From positions 60,822,001-60,886,000 of the forward strand of contig NC_043002.1 of NCBI RefSeq assembly GCF_006345805.1: DNA of 64,000 nucleotides. Direction: 5' to 3'. This DNA comes from Octopus sinensis (taxonomy: Eukaryota). The notes beneath the pieces are model-generated. The model was not told the origin of the DNA. It was given only the letters and a program-made list of their open reading frames with translations, and did no database searches. The position numbers were made by a program, and so were the translations under genes. Below, one piece after another: positions 12,827-24,650 of this stretch (the first letter of the stretch is position 1; each line of letters begins with the position of its first letter).

Positions 12827-13434
12827 CTCTAAATACACATATACTTTTATACATGTACGTATTTATGTATGCATGCACACTCATACACACACACATACAC
12901 ACGCACACATTCACATACACTTGTATATGCTTGTGTGTGTCTGTATATGTGGTGTGTGTGTGTGTACATACATATATGAATTCGTGTATAGCATATTCAC
13001 ATTGTAGCTTTGGCACAAAACCACAAATCTGTAATGAAAAGATTTAGTCGATTGCATTAACCTGGCTCACATTTTCGTACAGATTTTCGTTCTACCCCCA
13101 CTCCCCTCCTCTGGGATGTAAAGCAAAATTAAACCTGACAAGATTTGAATTGAAAGTATAGCAAGAATTTTACGCTAACAATAAATTAAAGCAAACGATG
13201 AACGGTGGTGCCACAACGTGGTCTGTTGATCTGCTAAAATATCTCCTAAATCTTTCTCTCATCGCATCCTTCAAGACAGATTGCGCAATACAGTCTTCTG
13301 TCTTCTCCTTATTCTATGCGACGTTGAAGTTTCTAATGTCTCTGATTACGTCTGCACAAAACTCGCATATATATATATATATATAATATATAATATATAT
13401 ATATATATTTATTTATTTATTTATATATTTATTT

Positions 13435-13477
<43 letters not shown>

Positions 13478-13770
13478 CATTTAAATATACATGCATAGGT
13501 ACGTACATACATACATACATGCATCGCAATATATCTGATTCAGGTATGCATCGTTAACCAGCTAGAGGAGATGTCATCTTGGGGTTAAAATATGGCAGTC
13601 CGCTCGAACGGAACAGCCATGTTGAAGTCGTTACGAACATTACTTTCTAGTACAACAGCAGTTTTCATCGCTTAGATTTCACAACTAGCTTTTTTGCTTA
13701 TATATATATATATATATAATATATATATATATTTAAGTATACAATTATTAAAAAATATATTTATAATTAA

Positions 13771-14266
13771 GGGCGCTGGAATGCCAGCCCCTTTTCGCTA
13801 GAAGTAGATGTCAGATAACTACAATCCACGCTAAATTTGCTCTCGATTTACAACCCAAGTATTTCCAAGTATAGCTAATTTTTGAGTTTTCTAATAAATA
13901 TATTATCCGGTGGTACTATATTTACCCCGTATGATTTCTGACATTAATCATATGGCCGAGAGGGGCGATTAGTTGTAATGTATACGCGGGAAATGCATGT
14001 ATATATTGATATCTGTAAGCAAATATTTATCGGTATGTATAAGTATTTTTCGCTTATATATTGTCGGATTATCTCTACTGAGGAGAGTAAAAGAATCTTT
14101 ATTACAAAGCACGAAATCTTAAGATATAGGATTATCCGAAATTTTCAAAATCATGTTGCTCATTATCTCGCATTCGACCTTGGGTTATAAACAGAAGTAT
14201 ATTTAAAGTGTATTGTATATATTTGACATCTACTTCTAAAGTATGGGCACTGGCATTCCGGCGCCC
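13771..14266. mobile_element. Non-autonomous DNA transposon, Kolobok-like (TTAA target duplication, GG termini)
   Basis: TTAA|GGGCGCTGGAATGCCAG (13771-13787) and CTGGCATTCCGGCGCCC|TTAA (14250-14266), one mismatch; the inverted repeat extends via TAGAAGTAGATGTCA to about 47 bp; no ORF. Confidence 0.7.
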
Positions 14267-14367
14267 TTAACTACAATCATATTTTTGGAATTACATATTT
14301 AAAAATAATTTTACAAAAAAGCGTCGGTTTTTTCACTCTAGCCACTGATATAAATTGACTATATCCT

Positions 14368-14461
<94 letters not shown>

Positions 14462-14484
14462 ATATATTATTGCACTTGTTGTCG

Positions 14485-14788
14485 TTATTTGTTCCTTCTC
14501 GTGCCATTCCTGGCTCACAAAGACCAGTTTCCCGGTTTCCTTGGCGTATAGGTTACCCACCTGGACGGGATGCTGGTCCGTCGCACGTGAGCTGCTAGAT
14601 GCAGGAGGAAAGAATGAGAAAATGTTGTTGCGAAGAGTCAGCAGAAGTTCGCCATTACCTTCTGCCGAAGCGGCGTGGAACTTCGATGTTTCGCTCATAA
14701 GCACACACATCGTCCGGTCTGAGATCCCAACCCATGATCCCTCGACCGCGAGTCCGCTGCCCTAACCACTAAGCCATGCTCTTCCACA
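14485..14788 (-). mobile_element. tRNA-headed SINE (head H1 plus tail T3)
   Basis: Minus strand TGGCTTAGTGGTTAGGGCAGCGGACTCGCGGTCG head shared with 17505; 3' part GCGACGGACCAGCATCCCGTCCAGG..AAACCGGGAAAC. Confidence 0.75.
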
Positions 14789-16639
14789 TTATTGCACTTA
14801 TTTCCGACAATATGTTATGTACTATAGATACAACATTGATTTTTCCAGAACCTTCGGTTGCGAAGCATTTCCTTTTTACTGGTATTCCGAACCAAAATTG
14901 CTCGCCTTTTTCAGCATACTGTAAATGTAGTAGATATTAAATTTACTTACATAATTAAATTAAATATGGATACCTGTACATTAATGAAATTTAGTGCCAA
15001 TCATTGCGGGTTTCGAACCGACTGTGCCCGGAAAGTCAGTTTTGTATCTGTATCATCTTGTCCAATGTATTTACTTAACAGTATGTCTGATCATTATATT
15101 AATGAACCCTGGTCTCACTTCATTTCACAGTCATTTCATTCTACACACCTATGAAACATGTAATGCGGTTAGATTCTGTTTCGTTTTCCTGGAACTTCCA
15201 TTATACTTCAGATGCACTGCAAATTCCATTCTCTTTCCATAGACATGAACCAAAATACCTCTAATCTCTGATGTACTTAGGCATGGGTTTCCTTCATTGT
15301 TATTATTATTGTTATTATTCTAATTGATGTTCCAGCTTTGCTTCATTTATGAAAATAATATCTTAATGTCATTGTGAAAGCACAAACCGTGAAGATGCTT
15401 CAGTGTTATTTTCACGCGTTATTAAATATATTAATACATAGTACTTCTATCGTAATGTCATCTTTTCTGGAAGAAAATAAACAAAATTGAAAAGCCACAA
15501 AAATACATTTTTATTATGGCTTTGCAGACAAAACGTATGTCGAGTTTTGGTGGGCGAAAATGATATTTTATCAAAACTTTGATTGTTCAAATAAACATCT
15601 TTTTATAAAACAAAACCAAAAAAAAAAACTAAATGAACGAAAGCAAATAAATTCTTTTATTTTTGGCTTTTGCATTCGAATTGTTTTATGTAATATTCAT
15701 GTTCTTGTATCCATTAATTCTCATTCTGGGGTTTCCGCATTAGTTACGTCATAAAAGTTGTTAAATTCTCCAATCAATATAGCCGTAGCAGTTAGAATCG
15801 GTAAAGGAACTCTCACAGTTTACACCCGTTTTACAGCAGTATTATAGCAGTGACAATTTCCCTATAAAGAATATACATTTATAGATCTGAAAACCTTGGT
15901 ATCTCGACTATGAGCAATTTTTATTGGTTTTCACCATTGATCATTACATAGCTAAACTTAAAACCTATTTCTTGTATAAAAACAGATTAACTCTGATCGA
16001 GCTAATCTCTAGCATATATTTGTTTTGGATGTTGTTTAGTTGTGCTTTAAATATTGCTTTCAGCTGTGATATCACTGTCCAAACACAGTCCTCTTTTCAA
16101 ATGCACCCCGGCAGTGACGGTCCCATTCTTATATGATTGTGGAAGATGATATATATAGAATTAATCTGTTCCTTAATTGAGACGGCAGGATTTTACGTTA
16201 GCCAAAATAGACTGACATCTCTAAAAAAATGCAAATAGCTAGATACAGGTGACTACGATGTTCGTGCCAAATATTTTTTATGTTCTATGGTGGATTCTTA
16301 TTCATTGTTCCGTGTAGACATTATTAATCGCACATTAGCCGAAAGTTCTCTTTTTTTTTAATGTTATATGCTATTGAAATTTTCCATATCCTAAACGATA
16401 ATATACCTTGGTCATCTCCAATTAAACATTTCTTTTGTTTATTAATTTTTCAAACAACCATAAGGCAAAACGGCATGTTTACCTCCATTTACAACTGAAA
16501 ATCTGTGAAACAACAGGAATAGACTTTTTTATATATTTCCGTAATTTTCAAACAAGCTAGATCCGGCCACGCTCACCTATCTTACAATGTCACTCTGAAA
16601 ATAACAATCACATCTCGAAATCTGGAAAGTATGAATGAG

Positions 16640-16795
16640 GTGGGCTGCCGATTACACCGACCTCAGTGCTCATCTGGTACTCATTTTATCGACCCCCTAA
16701 ATGATGAAATGCGAAATGCGAAATCGACCTCCATGGAATTTAAACCAAGAAAGTGAAGACGGAAAAGAAATGTCGTAAGCAATTTGTCTTCTGAC
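16640..16795 (-). mobile_element. SINE family B, degenerate
   Basis: CTGGTACTCATTTTATCGACC..ATGAAA..AATCGACCTCC..GGAATTTAAAC is the reverse complement of the family B body. Confidence 0.6.
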
Positions 16796-16886
16796 AGCTC
16801 ACCCCCTTCTTAGTGTATGTATATATATATGTGAGTGTGTGTGTATATGTATGTATATATCTATCTATCTATCTATCCATCTATCA

Positions 16887-16924
<38 letters not shown>

Positions 16925-16933
<9 letters not shown>

Positions 16934-17175
16934 CGACATAGTATCCCTGCTTTTCGATGCTCTTCTTCCAGAGGTCCACTAGTTTGCTTCATTCCAACAA
17001 AGACCTTCGACTGATCGCGCAGCCATTTGTGCAACGTTTCCTGCACTTCACCCATAGCAAATTGACATCATCGGAAAATTGTCTGAGCGGTCCAAATAGG
17101 TGAAAGTCGAAATGGTAGAGAACTGGACTATGTTCAGGGTCTTCCAGCAACTTGAAGCCCAATTTTTCTGCGAGC
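16925..17175 (-). pseudogene. Mariner transposase C-terminal remnant
   Basis: LGFKLLEDPEHSPVLYHFDFHLFGPL (cf. mariner HPPYSPDLAPSDFHLF) and, after a frameshift, KWLRDQSKVF..G. Confidence 0.75.
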
Positions 17176-17504
17176 ATATATTTATGCATCTGCAAACATA
17201 TATATGTCAGTACTTGTATATATTATATGTAATGCAATTCTGGTCCCAGCCTGGTTATAGATAATGATTTTTTTTCTTTCTCTTCAAACTGAAGCACTGG
17301 TTGTATTGTCTACTAATATCTTACAACTTTACTCTTAAGACATCCACAGTTCTGTTTTATTCACACCCGAACTGTGCTTTCAGTATGACTTTCAACCGTG
17401 TCACTATCGATAAAACAAGAGATTACTAACTGCCACTGAACATAAAACTCATTGTTATTAGCATGGTGATGGAAGCATATAATTACTATTATGTATTGGC
17501 CACA

Positions 17505-17962
17505 TGTGGAGGCGCAGTGGCCCAGTGGTTAGGGCAACGGACTCGCGGGCAGTCGTAAGATAGCGGTTTCCATTCCCAGACATTGAGCAAAAACACCTAA
17601 AGCTCCACGAGGCTCCGGCAGGAGGAGGTGGTGAATACTGCTGTACTCTTTTACTAAAACTTTCTCTCACTCTTTCTTCCTGTTTCTGTTGTACCTGTAT
17701 TTGAAAGGGTCGGCGTTGTCACATTCTGTGTCACGCTGAATCTCCCGAGATTCACGTTAATAAATGAGTTGCGACGTCACAGGTGCCAAGCTGTATCGGC
17801 CTTTGCATTTCCCTTGGATAACATCAGTGACGTGGAAAAGAGGGGGGCTGGTATACATGGGCGACTGCTGGTCTTCCAGAAACAACCTTGCCCAGACTCG
17901 TGCCTCGGAGGGTAACTTTCTTGGTGCAATCCCATGGTCATTCATGACCGAAAGGGGTCAAC
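17505..17962 (+). mobile_element. tRNA-headed SINE (head H1 plus tail T1)
   Basis: GGCGCAGTGGCCCAGTGGTTAGGGCAACGGACTCGCG head; middle GTACCTGTATTTGAAAGGGTCGGCGTTGTCAC shared with family C; distinct tail ..AACAACCTTGCCCAGACTCGTGCCTCGGAGGGTAAC.. Confidence 0.75.
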
Positions 17963-18431
17963 AACGAAATGGCCTGCAAGCACAGTAAAGACGGAGCCAA
18001 CATCATTTTACTAGAACATGCTACCACGAGGGTGGGTGAATCGGATCCTGTCGTTCGCGAGAAAAGATTTATTAAATAGCTGTGTTGTAGCTGCTCTCCT
18101 AAGCATGTCACTCCGAACGGCAGGTTGAGTCGCTTCGAATCGTATGCAAGCGATTCTTTCTGTTTCCATCACTGACGTATGTTTTGTATTTTTATATGAT
18201 TTATTTGTTTCGGTCATTAGACTGCATCCTTAGAGAGGCACCGCGGTGAGGAATTATAGTTTAACAAATCCCTCCCAGCGCTTTTTTTTAAATCTGTTCT
18301 TATTCTGCCGGGAATTAAATACACCAGCAGCGGTTCAGAAAGCGATGGGGGGAGACAGACACACGCACATACCCACACATATGTGTGTGTGTGTGAGAGA
18401 GAGAGTGTATATAAGTGTATATATATATATA

Positions 18432-18585
18432 TTAATTTAGAGATAATAGGCCCCTACATCTCACCAGATAAAATAATTTTAATTTTTATTTTAAATACCT
18501 ACTGTTTAAAACAGTAGGAATTTAAAATAAAAATAAATATTCTTTTTATATGGTGAGATGTAGGGGCCTACTAACTCTAAATTAA
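18432..18585. repeat. Fold-back palindrome, about 76-bp arms, 1-nt loop
   Basis: TTAATTTAGAG..TAGGCCCCTACATCTCACCA pairs with TGGTGAGATGTAGGGGCCTA..CTCTAAATTAA; centre CCTACTGTTT-A-AAACAGTAGG at 18508. Confidence 0.9.
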
Positions 18586-18692
18586 ATATATTTCTTCATT
18601 GAGAATAATTTGAACCTCTGTTATGCCGGAATTTTTATCCCCTAAAATATAATATTTATATATATATGTAGTATATATATATATATATATAT

Positions 18693-18783
<91 letters not shown>

Positions 18784-18785
<2 letters not shown>

Positions 18786-18958
18786 GACCGGCTTCTTTCA
18801 GTTCCGTCACCCAAATCCACAAACAATCTTTTATCGACTCGAAGCTATAGTTGTAGAAGACACTTACATATGGTGCTCCGCGTTGGTACTGAAGCGAGAA
18901 CCATGTGATTCAGAAAGACACCTCTTACCACTTACTACACACCCACGCCTGCGCCTAT
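18784..18958 (-). mobile_element. SINE family A, 5' half only, ending at (TA)n
   Basis: Matches 1978-2140 and 34712-34878. Confidence 0.75.
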
Positions 18959-19774
18959 GTATGCTGATAATTCTCCTTTAAATCGAAACCAAAACACATA
19001 TTTCAAAATATTCTATGGTGTTGCCCAAGACAATCCTAAGAAGTACTTTGAAGAATATTGAGTTTACAAATGGAAACACATTTAATCACTGACAAAATCT
19101 CCAAGACTATGAACAAGACAGTTCCTCCTCTTATCGAAATACAACTTCTATTTAACTTTTTTTTCCTGTGAGTTCCATTATATTAAGTTTCAACGCAACT
19201 CAATACACAAAGCTAAAATAGGTAATACAACAGAATATATTCATTTTATAGGTATGCATGTGTTTATGTGAATATATGTATCTAGAAGTATACATCTATG
19301 TGAGCGTCTAAGTGTACGACCATCTGTATGTGTGCGTGCGTGTGTGTGTGTGTGTGTGTGTGTTTGTGTAAAATGTATCTGTGAATATCTGTATACTTAT
19401 ATGTAAATACGCATATGTGAATACATATGTATATATATATATATATACATAAGTATATGTATATATATGTGCATATATAAATATATATATACATATTATT
19501 TTGTATGCACATTTTTACATTCTTCTTGTTAATATTGGTATTTATGTATATAATATATATATATATATATATAAACACTATAAATATATATATATTTATA
19601 CATACATGTATGTTTCTATGTATGTATTTATACAAATGTATGGGGGGGGGGGTCTTAAGGGGAAAAAAGCAGAAAGCTGTAACGTCAGGTTGCACAGAGA
19701 AAAAGTGGAATCTCTCGAAAACAAAAAAGATAAAAGACACTTAATTAAGAAATCAAACCCAATGACAGTACGAT

Positions 19775-19841
<67 letters not shown>

Positions 19842-20132
19842 AGCTCATGTCACCTGACTTATATTTTTTCTTTGTGTAAACAACGAATATTGCTGTTTAC
19901 ATTGGACTCACTGGTAGTCCGTTAGAGTTCCTTCTCTGTGAATATTGTTTTGTTTCTTTCATTATAAGGTTTCATACATAACTGTCTTCAGTTCAGAAAT
20001 GTTCTCTCGTCTTGGATATGTTCTGAATTCTAAAGATCTGAAAAGAATGGAATTTTATATGTATCAATGTATCTTCTTTCGATGTTAACGTTATTTGTCT
20101 TTTATCCATCTGTGTAGAAATAACTATATATA

Positions 20133-20191
<59 letters not shown>

Positions 20192-20215
20192 GGTGTGTGT
20201 GTGTGGTGTGTGTGT

Positions 20216-20255
<40 letters not shown>

Positions 20256-21087
20256 TTACTAAATCAATGCGGGTTAGTGTGCATATATTCATGAAGAAAT
20301 GCATGCGTGTTTGTGTTCATGTTTTTTGTGTATAAAGCAAGTTAGAAACCCAAAAGAAATTTTCATATTGGCGTACAAGGATATCAAGTAGAGAAGAAAA
20401 CGATGCTGTGTCAATATTTACACAATACAACAGAGAGATGTTGATTTTGTTGGATTGAAGGGAGATCTTATTAAAAAACAAAAACTCTACAAAATATCTA
20501 CTAAATAAGAAATGAAAAAAAAAAGTATTAACAAAATGGATATTACAAAGAAAAAAAAGGACAGATTATAAGGGGGGCGAAAATAGATAAAAATATAAAA
20601 ATCTATCACATAATATTCTTTATGTGAAAGTATTTCTGTCAGTTCGTTGTGTAGGAGGGAATATTTATTATTTTGTCGACGATAAATTCAACAAGAAATC
20701 TGAAAGGAACACCAATGATGGACGACGAGAAGCTGATGACAGTTCTCTTACGTGTATTCTTCGAGCCTATAAAATTTGGGGGACAGACATTTACAACTAT
20801 CTTTAATAATGTTTAAATATATGAGGAAGCTTTCACTACCCATTATATTCTTCGTGTATAAGTGTATAACAAATTGTGATCATTTTTCAACATATATATA
20901 TTATGTATGTATAACTATATATATAGGTATAAATGTATATATATATATATATATATAGATATATATATATATATATATGTTATGTATGTATAAATATATT
21001 AAATATATATATATATACAAGAGACGAAAACAGGTGGTGTAGACAGCAAACAGATGTATTAGTTTAACTCTCGGTTAGTGAAAACAT

Positions 21088-21122
21088 CTTTAACGTTTCG
21101 AGCCCAGGCTCTTCACAGAAAG
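21088..21122 (-). ncRNA. Hammerhead-like fold, A6-variant family, one core base deleted
   Basis: Minus strand CTTT-CTGTGAA-GAGC-ctgg-GCTC-GAAA-CG-TT-AAAG. Confidence 0.5.
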
Positions 21123-21157
21123 GAACACAGAAAGAAACAAGGAGAGAAAATAAATAT

Positions 21158-21320
21158 ATGCAGGAGTGGCTCTGTGGTTTGTGGCTTGCTTCCCAGACAT
21201 ATGTTTCTGGGTTCAGTCTCACTGCGTGGTAATTTGGGCAAGTGTCTTCTACTATAGCCTCGCGCCGACCAAAGCTTTTTGAGAGGAGTTAGTAAAGTGA
21301 AAACTGAAAGAAGACCGTCG

Positions 21321-21367
<47 letters not shown>

Positions 21368-21537
21368 TGTATGAGTCCCAAGCATCGCTTTGACAACCCA
21401 TGGTGGTGTGTTTACGTCCCCGTAACTAAGAACCTCGGCATAAGGGACCGATAGAATAAGTACCAGCGTCGATTTGTTCGACTCAAGGCGGTGCTCCAGC
21501 ATGGCCGCAAACAAATGACTAAAAGAAGTATAAGAGT
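21158..21537 (+). mobile_element. SINE family A with internal (TA)/(TG) tract
   Basis: Head GCAGGAGTGGCTCTGTGG, TTGGGCAAGTGTCTTCTACT, microsatellite at about 21320-21365, tail GGCGGTGCTCCAGCATGGCCGC. Confidence 0.85.
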
Positions 21538-21552
21538 AACAATGTGTGTGCG

Positions 21553-21687
<135 letters not shown>

Positions 21688-22314
21688 GATTTCTTCTGTG
21701 TACAGTTTCATGTACGAAAGCTAGTCACATCATCCAGTTTGCTTCGAGTATAGTGGCCTGCTTCCTGCTGTAGTTAGTACCAACACTTGTTATGTTACAG
21801 AGGACAAATGTAAGAGAAACGTATAACGATTGGAACACTACGTACGTTTCATTATTGCGTTCAATTGAAAATTATATGTAAACACATTATACACACTTTG
21901 AATATATAACTTAAGTTGGATGTGTTATTAGAATAGCAAGTACTACGTTATTAGTCTTGAGAAATCCTCAAAAAAACATACCTCTATCGTAGCAGACGTG
22001 AATTGTCTGTCATTGATGCCAAAACTCCCATTTTACTGATAATGTGCTGTAGATAGATTGAAATGGCGTAATATGGGGGTTCCAGTTCCAGAAAGGCAAT
22101 CCTTCTATGCTACAATCTATCTATTTACTTTTTATGTACTAAAGGCGTATATGAAAGGATCTCTCAAGTTGTTATTCAGCAAAACATCCACGTTAAATTG
22201 GATATTAAGATTACGTTTTGGTACTAGTAGAGCTTCCGTCCATAACATTTAATATATATGTTATATATATACTCCACCTGCCTTCGTCTTTTGTTTATTA
22301 CGTAACTTTCCCTT

Positions 22315-22356
<42 letters not shown>

Positions 22357-22499
22357 TATAATATATTATACTCCACCTGCCTTCGTCTTTTGTTATTTAC
22401 GTAAGCTTTCCCTTTATATATATATATATATATATATACGAAGGCAGGTGGAGTACAAACAAACAAATGTATTAGTATAGAGCTCAGGAATAGAAAAAG

Positions 22500-22537
22500 T
22501 CTTTTGCGTTTCGAGCCTACGCTCTTCGACAGAAAGA
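22500..22537 (-). ncRNA. Hammerhead-like fold, A6U core, U16.1 mutated
   Basis: Minus strand TCTTT-CTGTCGA-A-GAGC-gtag-GCTC-GAAA-CG-CA-AAAGA; perfect 5-bp stem I. Confidence 0.55.
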
Positions 22538-22751
22538 TACACAGAAAAAACAAGGAGAGAAAAAATGCGTGTAGTAGCTAACGATCTATCATGGCGTCAT
22601 ATTTGTATACGGAGCAAATAATTCACGGGAAAATAATTCGCGAAGATATCATTGCCTCTATTATTATCTAGTATAAGAATTTAAAAATGATAATGGAATC
22701 AACAATATATCCGATTGCAGGCCCCCTCAAAAAGCAGTAAATAGCTGAAGG

Positions 22752-23136
22752 ATTAGAATTAACCAAAGGACACACGAAGTATGTCCACCTGCTGGAAATA
22801 ACAATCAAAACTCTTATTTAAATTGCCAAAATACACTGAAAATTTCTCAGCATACATTCAACTATTTCGACTAACGTGGGCTGGTTTCTGGACTGGCATA
22901 ATAGCCTCATTATGGTAAGGCATAGTGAGGAAAGTTAGGCTATTATACCAGTCCAGTAACCGGTCAACGTGAGGCCAACTACTTGAATATATAGTGAGAG
23001 ATTGTCTTCGCCCGTTTGCCTTCCGCTGGTTGATTTCTGTAGTTATTATCAGTGTATTTTGGCGATTTAAATAAAGGTTGTGACTGTTATTTCCAGCGTG
23101 TAGACATACTTAGTGTGTCCTTTGATTAATTTTAAT
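22752..23136. repeat. Long imperfect fold-back element (about 385 bp)
   Basis: 22760-22840 pairs with 23050-23128 at roughly 80% by eye; inner arms GGACTGGCATAATAGCCT / AGGCTATTATACCAGTCC; central CCTCA-TTATG..CATAG-TGAGG hairpin. Confidence 0.85.
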
Positions 23137-23144
23137 TATATATA

Positions 23145-23179
<35 letters not shown>

Positions 23180-23238
23180 GTGTGTGTGTGTGTGTATACA
23201 TGCATATATATATATATATATTCATAATTATATATACA

Positions 23239-23294
<56 letters not shown>

Positions 23295-24541
23295 AGTCTG
23301 TGTAGTTATTTACTAACATGTTTATATATACATATATATGTATGTGTGCGTGTGTGTGTGCTTGTATGTGTGTATATTTATGTATATATACAATGAGTGC
23401 GAGCAAAATTAACAAAGATTAAAAAACAGAAATATATTTCTGTATGTGGATGGATGTGTGTTTTTCTCTGAGTGTTTGCTTTCATAACTGTTTGCTTTCA
23501 TAATATGTATTTGATTATGCCTTTGTATGTTTATGTGCGTGCGTGTGTGTATGTGTGTTTGAGTGAGTGCGTCTGTGTGTGTGTGTGTGCGTGTACTTCC
23601 CGTTACCAATATTAATTAAATGAACTGTGAGAACAAGTAGAAATCACCAATATATACGCCCACACTAAATTACACTTACTCACACACACATACACACACA
23701 CACGCACACACACACACAACACACACACACACACACACACGCACACACACACACTGGTATTTAACTGATTGCTCATTTCTCTCATTAGATTTTTGTAGCT
23801 TCAAGAAAAGGGGGAAAATGAATTAATAAAATCACAGTCTTCGATAATTTGAGTAGAAACTAAGGTAAATTTACGATCGTGTGAATTTGAGACGCCGATA
23901 AGGTGTGATTAAATGATGAATGTAGTCAAATCGATATTTTAGGATATCTCATGGGAAAAGCTATGTGGCGCTTCTGCAGAGAGGTTTTCTCTTGAGGCTA
24001 ACAAAGTGATATATCAGAGTCAGGTGATTATAATATTTGTCGGCCATTTATACAACTGTAATCTAATACCTCATGAGATTTTATATCCTCTTTGACGAAC
24101 ACAGGGATCGAAATCACACACACACATACAACAAGAACAAGTGAACAGTACGGGGTAATTGGTCAATCGAAAGCTTTTATTTAGTATACCATCGACCCGG
24201 AAAACAATGTGGTGGCCTCTATAGCCACAAGGGAACTAAAATGATGCAGAGTATAGCGGCAAAACTTTTGCCGCTTGAGGACAGTGATTAAACAGTTCAT
24301 TTCTGGAGTTTAAAAAGTCTTCCTGATCAAGTAAGTTTTTCAGGATCCTTGCCCTTTCGGCCAATCAAAGCTTACATCGATTGGTCCCTTTGAGATATGT
24401 CCTTTTCTATGATTTTGTAGGAGCTTTCATTTGATTAAGTGTTGCGTACCCACCTCTTTTAAATGCAAACGCAGTTGGACAGGGATTTGATACTGCACAT
24501 CTCTGGTATAGACATTTAGGATAAGTATGTATATATGTATG

Positions 24542-24650
24542 TTATTATTCAGTTTATTTCAAGATTTCTTGCCAATACAGAAAGAACTGGTTTCTAACCT
24601 AGATTCAAAGCTCCTTCGTTGGAATCTCCACAGCGAAAACAGGGTACTTT
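24542..24650 (-). mobile_element. About 110-bp dispersed repeat in (CATA)n context; probable retroelement 3' end
   Basis: Same sequence at 55443-55550 and 56062-56160; minus strand ends GGCAAGAAATCTTGAAATAAACTGAATAATAA. Confidence 0.6.
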
